Below are positions 54,611-64,000 of a stretch of DNA of 64,000 nucleotides, one piece after another; the first letter of the stretch is position 1, and each line of letters begins with the position of its first letter. Origin of the DNA: the human T2T-CHM13v2.0 reference genome, Homo sapiens; NCBI RefSeq assembly GCF_009914755.1, contig NC_060946.1; one strand, written 5' to 3'. Below the pieces are notes generated by a model, which was not told where the DNA came from, searched no databases, and was given only the letters and a program-made list of their open reading frames with translations. The translations under genes and the position numbers were made by a program.

Positions 54611-55613
54611 TCTTCCCCCATTTTTACAGATGAAGGAAGTGAGCCTCCTTGAGTCTTAGTAAGGGAGGGAGCTGGATTCAAGGCTGAGCAGTTTTAACCC
54701 GCAGCGTTGCCTTCCCTGGGAACATTCGAGTTGAAGGTTAACGAGATTTTGCAAGAGTTTGCTCTTGGTTTATATCTAATATTATGCTTTGGATCTAACT
54801 CACATGGTCAGATGCAGGGGTCAGATTGAGACTGGTTGATTGAAACTCCTCCGAAACAACAGGAAATGATCTGGGAGAGAAGATTCCAGGTCCCCTGAGG
54901 CCCTGCTTCTCTCTTGATCCCCCACAGCCCAGTGTCGAGTTACCAGCGAGTGCCTGTTCTGCTTGGGTGGGTGTCCAGTGTGGGACTGGTCAGAGGTAAT
55001 TTTTGGATCTCAGAGCTGCTCACAGCTGTTGGCGGTCTGGGATGGAAGAAGCAGGCGTGGCTTCGGTTGGCCCACATTATCCTCCTGACTCACAGTGTTC
55101 CAGGGCTGCTCAGCTGCCCTAGGGTTTGTGTACAAATGGCCTTGATTTGACACCCTTCTGAAGGTGGGGGGCCTGACTGATCAGGCAGTTGGTTGGATGC
55201 TGTTGACCCCCGCAGAACTCTTGGTACCTATGAGGCGTGGAGTTGGCGTGGGGGATCTGTTAGCCCCAGTCCCCTTTTTGCCCCCACCCCAGCCTGGCCG
55301 AGAGTCCTGGGCAGGCACTGAGAAGGCAACACATGGGGTAGGACTTGATGAGCAGGTGGATAGGACAGTGAGGTGGGAGGTGCCTCTGTGGGCCTCAGAT
55401 GGTCCCCAGCCTGTGTGATGGGGCAGCGAAGCTCAGGACACCTGGTGTTTGGATATCCACAGGTGACCGGATCCCCAGGCAAATGAGCAGCTGGAAGTCC
55501 CTGCAGGGATGCGGGAGGCACAGCCAGGGTGGGGCTGGACCCCAGGCCCTTCCCCACTCCCATCGCCCCACCCTCACAGGACACACGGGGGAGCTGTGAT
55601 CCTCAGGGTGTTC

Positions 55614-55784
55614 TTTTGTTTTTAGTTTTTTTGTTTTGAGACAGGGTCTCCCCCTGTCCCCCAGGCTGGAGTGTAGTGGTGCAGTCGTGGCCCACTGCAA
55701 GCTTGAACTCCTGGGCTCAAGCGATCCTCCCACCTCTGCCTTCCAAAGTGCTAGGATCATAGGCTTGAGCCACCATGCCTGGCC
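55614..55784 (-). mobile_element. Alu monomer (FLAM/FRAM-like or deleted AluJ)
   Basis: Single arm with J-type motifs. Confidence 0.8.
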
Positions 55785-56117
55785 TTTTTGTTGTTGTTGT
55801 TCTTTTGTTGTTGTTAAGTCATCTTTATTTTGGTTGCAAAGTTGCAATCTATTTTTTACTGAACATTTTAAGTCTCGTTTGAAGTTTCATAGCTTGCCGT
55901 GTAAACCATTGCATACACTGTCAAACTGCTGTACAGAACATTCTGAAATACAATCTACTAAATTAATTCGCTTGACACTGTTCAGATTACTGCATGAAAA
56001 CAACATTGATTGAAGAAGGCAAGTAAGTCAACGGGCAAAGCATCGATTGCTTTCCTACTGTAGGATGTTATAAGATGACCAACAAACACTAAATTATTTT
56101 GCTTAAAAGATGTACTT

Positions 56118-56945
<828 letters not shown>

Positions 56946-59091
56946 AAGCTTGTTTATTTAAAAGGGGACAGAGACAACTTTTTTTCGTTTCTAATCGGAA
57001 TGTGTCTTGGAAAGGATATGTCTGAGGGGTGGGAGTGGAGTTGGTTTTGTGCTTCAGGGAACCTGTTCCTGCCCTGTCCCAAGGTAAGCTTGTAAAGAGG
57101 TCGGTGCCCTTGTTTTGGAACCCAAGTTAATGACACACCTTTTCTTGTGTGGGCTACACACATCTTTAACCTGCTGCAGATAGTACTTTTGTTGGCATCT
57201 GGAGCCATGATGCCAGGCCCCTCTTCTCCCTGAAGCTCAGTTTTCCTCTAATGGGTGGGAGGTAACCAGTGCTGAGTCCACTAGGAAGATCGAGGCACAT
57301 CTCCAAGGCTAAGAAACCGGCAGTTCTGTAGCCTCAGCCACTCCCCCACCCCTAGCTCATCCCCGGCTTTTGCCGAAATTCTAACCAGCCCCGTATTTTG
57401 TGTGGGTGGGCTCCAGCCCCTCGGGATTTTCCTGGGGGTCACTGCCTCCACCCCCTGGGACGATGGAGGAGGAGGAGGCTTGTTTGTGGGGGCAGAGGAT
57501 CTTGCCCCAGCAGCCTTTGCATGTCAAGAGTGGTCTTGCAGATCGGGCCCCTTGCCCTGGCTCTGTTTAACTGGTGCTTACTGAGCCGTGACGTTTGTGC
57601 TGGGCATGGGCAGGTGCGACATGGACAGTGAGAGGAGGAAGACACCATCCCTGGCCCCGAAGGAGGTTTTAATTCAGGAGGAGCAAGAAAGAACAGTGTT
57701 GGAGGCTGCCAGGACTGAGCCTGATGCCAGAACTCAGGGCCCAGGAGCCGTGGGTGAGAGCAGTGGGCAGGAGGGCGTGGGGGCCTCCAGTGTCCACTGA
57801 GCCCTGTGAGGAGCTGGTCACACACTGGTTTGCTGTGGGAGCAGGGACACCTTAACATGTATGTTCATGTCACTGGTGACTTGACGCTTTTCAGCTTCCT
57901 CTGTTCTTAATTCCATTTGGAGCCCAGGCAGGATGATAGCAGAATGAATGGAAGGGGTTGAGGAGTGAGAGCCGGTGAATGAGAGGGGCCTTGTCTGTAG
58001 GCCTTTGTGGGTCAGGGCCCGGCAATTGATTGGTGAGTGTTACAGTGAGGATGATCGTCCACCTCTTGGGTCCCCTCCCCATGCCTCTGCCTCGTCGCCA
58101 TCCAGCCTGGCCATGGTCCCTGCTTGGCTCTTTGTGGACTCCCTGATGGGGCTGTGCAGGAGCTCTCCCTTGGCTAATGACGGGGTGAGCTCAGCTCCCC
58201 TCGGGCACAGCCCCCAGACAGCCCTGCTTTGCAGAGTTCAGCTCTGGGGCTGCTCAGAACATGGGAGCTACCTTCTGAGTTTCCGGAAGACCAAAGGACT
58301 TCACATTTGATTGTCCTGCTGAGAGTGAGGTTCACAGTACCCAGACTCCCCAGCAGGAAGCATTTCCAAACCGTTTCTGCAGCTCTGGGTGCAAAATTCC
58401 CAGGGCTACGGGAGCCTGCCCTTCCCTGTGTTTTCCTTTCTCAGAGTCCGAAGGAGGCTCTGGGGCCACAGCTCACCTGCGGGGGATTCCGCACACCAGC
58501 ACCCGGCTGTGTCTCCCCCATTTCTTATGAGCAGCGATAAGTCAATCCCCTTCGACGGTTTAATCCTCCAGCCACTGTTTACAGAAAACTTTCTGTGTGC
58601 TTGGAACTTTATAAAGTGCATCCCTCTTCTCAGCAACCCTGGGAAGACAGTGCAAGCCCCGTTTTCCCACTGGGGAAGCTGTGATTCAGAGAGGCGGCGC
58701 TGCCTGCCCAGGGTTAGAGAGCAAGAAAGTGCTGGAGCTGGGATTGGAACCAAAGGCTGTTTGGCTCCAAAGCTTACACTGTTTCTACTCAACTCTGTAG
58801 CTGCCACATGCTGGCATGGATGTCGGGGGTATACAAGGACAGGAGACAGAGCCTGCCCTCAAGACATTTGTGGCTATGAGGGTAAGGCAGGCAGGCAGGG
58901 CTCTGGAGGATGGAGAGACATGCGCCAGGCACGGGGTGATATGGGAGCAGAGGGGCACCCGAGCTATGCAGGGTGGGCAGGCAGGCGGCCAGGAGAGGGT
59001 GACAGGGCATGGGAGGTGGGCTAGGATAGGAGACGGGCTGTGGAAGACACGAGGGTGAAACTGCAGGTGGGGGCTGAGTGGGCCTGGCCAG

Positions 59092-59191
59092 AGAAGGGGT
59101 GAAGGGAGTGTGGGGACAGACATGGGAACCGGGGTTGGCTGCAGAAAGGGTGAAGGGGGTAGGGGGACAGATGGGAACTGGGCTTGGCTGC
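59092..59191 (+). repeat. Two-unit ~50-bp G-rich tandem duplication
   Basis: agaa(g/a)gggtgaaggg..ggggacaga..tgggaac.ggg.ttggctgc twice. Confidence 0.8.
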
Positions 59192-60711
59192 ACAGGGGAG
59201 AGCAGCCTCGCTGTCAGGCCACATGGCTGGATCACATCCTGTTCATCCAGGAGTGCACCACGGCCTGTCTCGTCTGTAACAGATAAGGTCCTTGGCTTAG
59301 TGAGTACTTTTGCTTTTCTTAATGAATTAGAGCAAGAATGAATGAATGAGTGAATGGGGACATTCAAGGTTATCCCCATGATAACACGGTTGTCACTCCT
59401 GATGACTTTTCCTCTGGTGCTGGGAGGCAACTCCAGACAACTTGACATTAGCTCTGCCTCCTGGTGAATCTCACGTTCACCGAAGAGCATCGCTGGAGAG
59501 GGGACACCTGAGGTGGGAGGGGGGCTGAGTGGTCAGGCTGCTGGAAACTGTTGGGCTTTGCTGTGGCACGAACCTTCACCCTTACCCACGCCACTGCAGG
59601 ACTCCTCCTGCCAGCCTCGGGGAGCCGGGTGAGAGTCAGAAGGGTGGGTCTACCTTGCACTGCAGAAAGCAGCTCTGAGTTTCCTGGAAGCCCTGGGGAA
59701 AAGGGAAAGCCCAGAAGTTGTCACTGGGGCACATGGTTCTAGGTGAGACCCCCCTCCTCCTGGCCTTGTGGAATGGCCTGGCTGAGCCCTAGCTCATTCG
59801 TGCACTGACCTTATCCATTCTGGAATGTTTCTGCAAGTTTCCCCTCCTCCCCTGCTGAGAACGGGATGGAGCATCTGAAGGACGCATAGTCTAGAAGTGC
59901 TTACAGTGGCTGATGACTGATAGGGTGGTTTAGCAAGGTGCTGCCTCACCCAGCAGACAGCAGCCGCCCTCTGGGCCACCCCGAGGGCCCAGCCTGGAAG
60001 AAGAATGTATTCAGGCAGGGCACCCACAGTTGTGTGTGCGGAAACGCTGCCAAGCCCAGTGGGATTTACCCTCTAGGGGCTGGAAAGCCATTAGGAAGGA
60101 AAAGTGGTGCTTCTTAAAGCCCAGTTTTGTAACATCCTGCCGAGAGGTGACCTTCTGCCCAGCAGCTGGGGCTGTCGTGCTAATGCTTTCTGGCATTTGA
60201 GTCCTTTAGAATGAGGTCCAAGTATGTGGGCACCTGGCACCCGGCCGCTCCTCCCTTGGGGCACAATGGGGTCTTCTCCCTTCCGTGAGCTGAGGGGCTG
60301 GGAGGGTGCCCACTGGGGCTGTAGCCTGGGCTGGGGCATGGGGCACAAGGGCCTGTGTGCCCAGCTCATTTGGGCCGTGGCCTGGCTCTGAGGGTGTGGG
60401 CCGGCTGCTTGGAGCGTGATCCTTTCATCTGCCCTTTTTGCGAGTGGGAGATAAGATGGCCAGGCTGCGGTTACTCCTGAACCTGTGCTCTCTGCTTTGC
60501 CAGTCCTGTCCTCACCAGACTTCTCACAGGTCCCCGTTTCTGTGGAAGAGGGGATCTTGTGGTAAGTCAAGGGCAGAAACCATCACCAGCCTCGGTTTCC
60601 TCAATCTGTAGCTTGAGGCTTATGTCCCCCCTCCTGCCCCTTTGCTCCCAAGATTAAAGGAGAAAACACGGATGTGGGTCACAGAAGCTGGTCTAGAAAT
60701 GGTGGTTTTTA

Positions 60712-61100
<389 letters not shown>

Positions 61101-61546
61101 TCATGTCGGCTGTTCCCTGACCTGCTGGGCTGGGCTGGCCGGCAGCATGGCCGTGCCTCTGTCATCAGGGGCTGTCTTTCTTGCCTACTGGACTGTGAAG
61201 GCAGGGACCCTGTCTGGACAGGGACCGCATCAGCATCTCCAGCATGTGGCTGGAGCAGGGATCCATGTGTGCTTGGATCTCAGGGGCTGAGCCGCAGCCC
61301 TGTCCAAGCTGGATTCAGATGGGGGAGGATTCAGGTCTTTCTTCTAGGAAGGAGTGGGGTGTGGACTCGCAGCTGGGGTCTGGTGGGGTTTTCAGTACTG
61401 GTTTGCAGAGTGACTTAAGGGATGTGCCCCCAGCCTGATGCTGTCGTCAAGACAGAAGGACGTGCGTGTCCTGGTGGTGCATCTGGGAGGGCCCTCCACC
61501 CGCTGAGTGGTGAGCCACCTCTCAGCTTGTTCTCTTCCCTGCACAG

Positions 61547-61652
61547 TGGACGCGGATGTCCTCCTGGAGGCCTGCTGTGCGGACGGACACCGGATGGCCA
61601 CTCATCAGAAGGACTGCTCGCTGCCATATGCTACGGAATCCAAAGAATGCAG
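61547..61652 (+). CDS. FBLN1: Fibulin-1 coding exon 2 (VDADVLLEACCADGHRMATHQKDCSLPYATESKECR), start of anaphylatoxin-like domain 1; the gene continues beyond the window
   Basis: Polypyrimidine tract and acceptor ttctcttccctgcacag|TG; 106-nt exon; donor AG|gtacgt; Cys pattern CC..G..C..C matches fibulin-1. Confidence 0.97.
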
Positions 61653-62130
61653 GTACGTTTGCCAGTGGCCACTGTTTCACTGGAACAATGTTCCTTTAGA
61701 GAAAAGTGGGGGAGGAAGGGACAGTGTGTGCCAGACCTCTCGGGAGAGGCTGGACACCCAGGCCCGGATCCATCCAGGCTGCGGGTGCTGCAGTGGGTGA
61801 CTCCTGCCTCCCTCCTGGCACCGGCCTGGCACCGGGCCTTGGCTCACCCTTCCTGTGCCACTCTGTGATTGTCGGGGTATGTGTCTCTTTCACTGGGCTG
61901 GGAGCAAGAAGATCTGGGCTTGCAGCTGTGGGCAAGTCAGTTTTCTCTTTTAAAAAAGGGGGGACAGTTGTGGGGGAGCAAAGGAGATGATGTGACTAAA
62001 GAGCTTTGCGAGTGGAAACACGGACCACCTACAGACCCCAAAAATGCCAATGAGCCGGCGCAGAGTGAAGCGTTCCACCAGCCGGTTTTTCAGCTTCTGC
62101 AGCAGCCAACATCTGGATCGACCGTTTTTA

Positions 62131-62507
<377 letters not shown>

Positions 62508-62704
62508 GGAATAAATGATGAGATTAGGTCATGCTGATCATCATCATAAAAATAATAGTGAAAACCCCAGAATGCCCGTGTGGAGCACCTACTTTCTGTG
62601 TACCGTCTGCACGGACAGCAGCCAGCCTGGCCCCGGGAAGGACAAGGGCTGGGGAGGTGGACCAACCTGGTTGGGTTTCAGGCTGGGTGACCTGAGCCAG
62701 CTCA

Positions 62705-63055
<351 letters not shown>

Positions 63056-63103
63056 TCAGAGATCACCTATGAAATCAGCACCACAAAGCCAGACTGTGGC
63101 AAC

Positions 63104-63482
63104 GTATTGGTTTTCTAGGACTGCCAGAGCAGAGTATAAGGGGCAGGGTGGCTCAACCACCGGTTCCTCATAGTTCCGGAGGCCAGAAGTCTGAGACCGA
63201 GGTGTCAGCAGGGTGGGCTCCTTCTGAGGCTCCTCTCCTGGGCCTGTAGATGCCCTCTTCTCCCTGTGTCCTCACACGGCCCTCCCTCTGTATGTGTCTG
63301 TGTCCTGCTCACCGCTTCCTCGAAGGACACCAGTCCTTTGGATTACAAGCCTGCCCTAACAACCTCATTTAACTATGTCACCCATTTAAAGTCACTGTCT
63401 CCAAATAGAGTCCCATTCTGAGATACTGGGGGTTAGGACTTCACCAGATAGATTTTGGGAAGACACAATTTAGCCCATAATA
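63104..63482 (-). mobile_element. MLT1A-like LTR
   Basis: gtattggttttctaggactgcc...ccattctgagatactgggggttaggacttc...cagcccataa-like end. Confidence 0.8.
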
Positions 63483-63683
63483 GGGAGCCACTACTATTAA
63501 TACTTAGTGAAATAAAAGAAAGTGAGGCATCAGCCCGTGTAACCCCTCAACGTGCAGGCAGAGGAACTGAGGCCGCAGATTCAGCAGCACTCTGGGCCTT
63601 GCTTGTGAATGGGGATTTTAGTCACTATCAAATGTATTACTGACTTCTACTCACTAATGTCTTTGATAAATTTTGGAGTTATC

Positions 63684-63982
63684 TTTTTTCTTTATTTTTT
63701 GAAACTGAGTCTTGCTCTGTTGCCCAGGCTGGGGTGCAGTATGTTGATCTTGGCTCACTGCAACCTCCGCCTCCTAGATTCAGGTGATTCTCCTGCCTCA
63801 GCCTCTCGAGTACCTGAGATTACAGGCACACACTACCACACCAGGCTAATTTTTGTATTTTTAGTAGAGACAGAGTTTCACCGTGTTGGCCAGGCTGGTC
63901 TCGAACTCCTGACCTCAGGTGATCCTCCTGCCTTGGCCTCCTAAAGTGCTGGGATTATGGGCATGAGCCACTGCGCCCGGCC
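63684..63982 (-). mobile_element. Alu (intron 2)
   Basis: TSD aattttgg(a/g)gttatcttt. Confidence 0.92.
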
Positions 63983-64000
63983 AATTTTGGGGTTATCTTT

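Noticed and set aside
58389-59490. 211-aa and 233-aa intronic ORFs
   Set aside because: They overlap MIR/L2 fragments and a G-rich tandem repeat; no protein similarity recognised

Overview
Primate, almost certainly human, genomic DNA (it contains an AluYb-lineage element, a human-specific family). It holds the 5' end of FBLN1 (fibulin-1) on the + strand: a CpG-island promoter (~45.1-46.3 kb), coding exon 1 (45833-45911, signal peptide), a 15.6-kb intron 1 and exon 2 (61547-61652, start of the first anaphylatoxin-like domain). The ~45 kb upstream is mostly transposon-derived. The whole window has ~55 Alu elements or fragments, old L1 pieces, MaLR LTRs (MLT1/MST/THE1) and MER1 DNA transposons. 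It also has a decayed two-LTR ERV1 provirus (26.3-34.5 kb) with a tRNA-Ile primer binding site and gag/pro/RT remnants. No other host protein-coding gene is supported; the remaining ORFs are repeat-derived or reflect GC-rich sequence. I found no new gene system. The most unusual signal is a set of short segments copied from 1.1-1.9 kb away: a 557-bp direct copy with a 235-bp perfectly identical core, exact 41-bp and 28-bp inverted copies, and a 93-bp direct copy in intron 1. There is also a 46-bp micro-inversion. Together these look like fossil scars of template switching or templated repair. Repeat subfamily names come from recalled consensus motifs and need RepeatMasker/Dfam confirmation. 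Most repeat boundaries are approximate.
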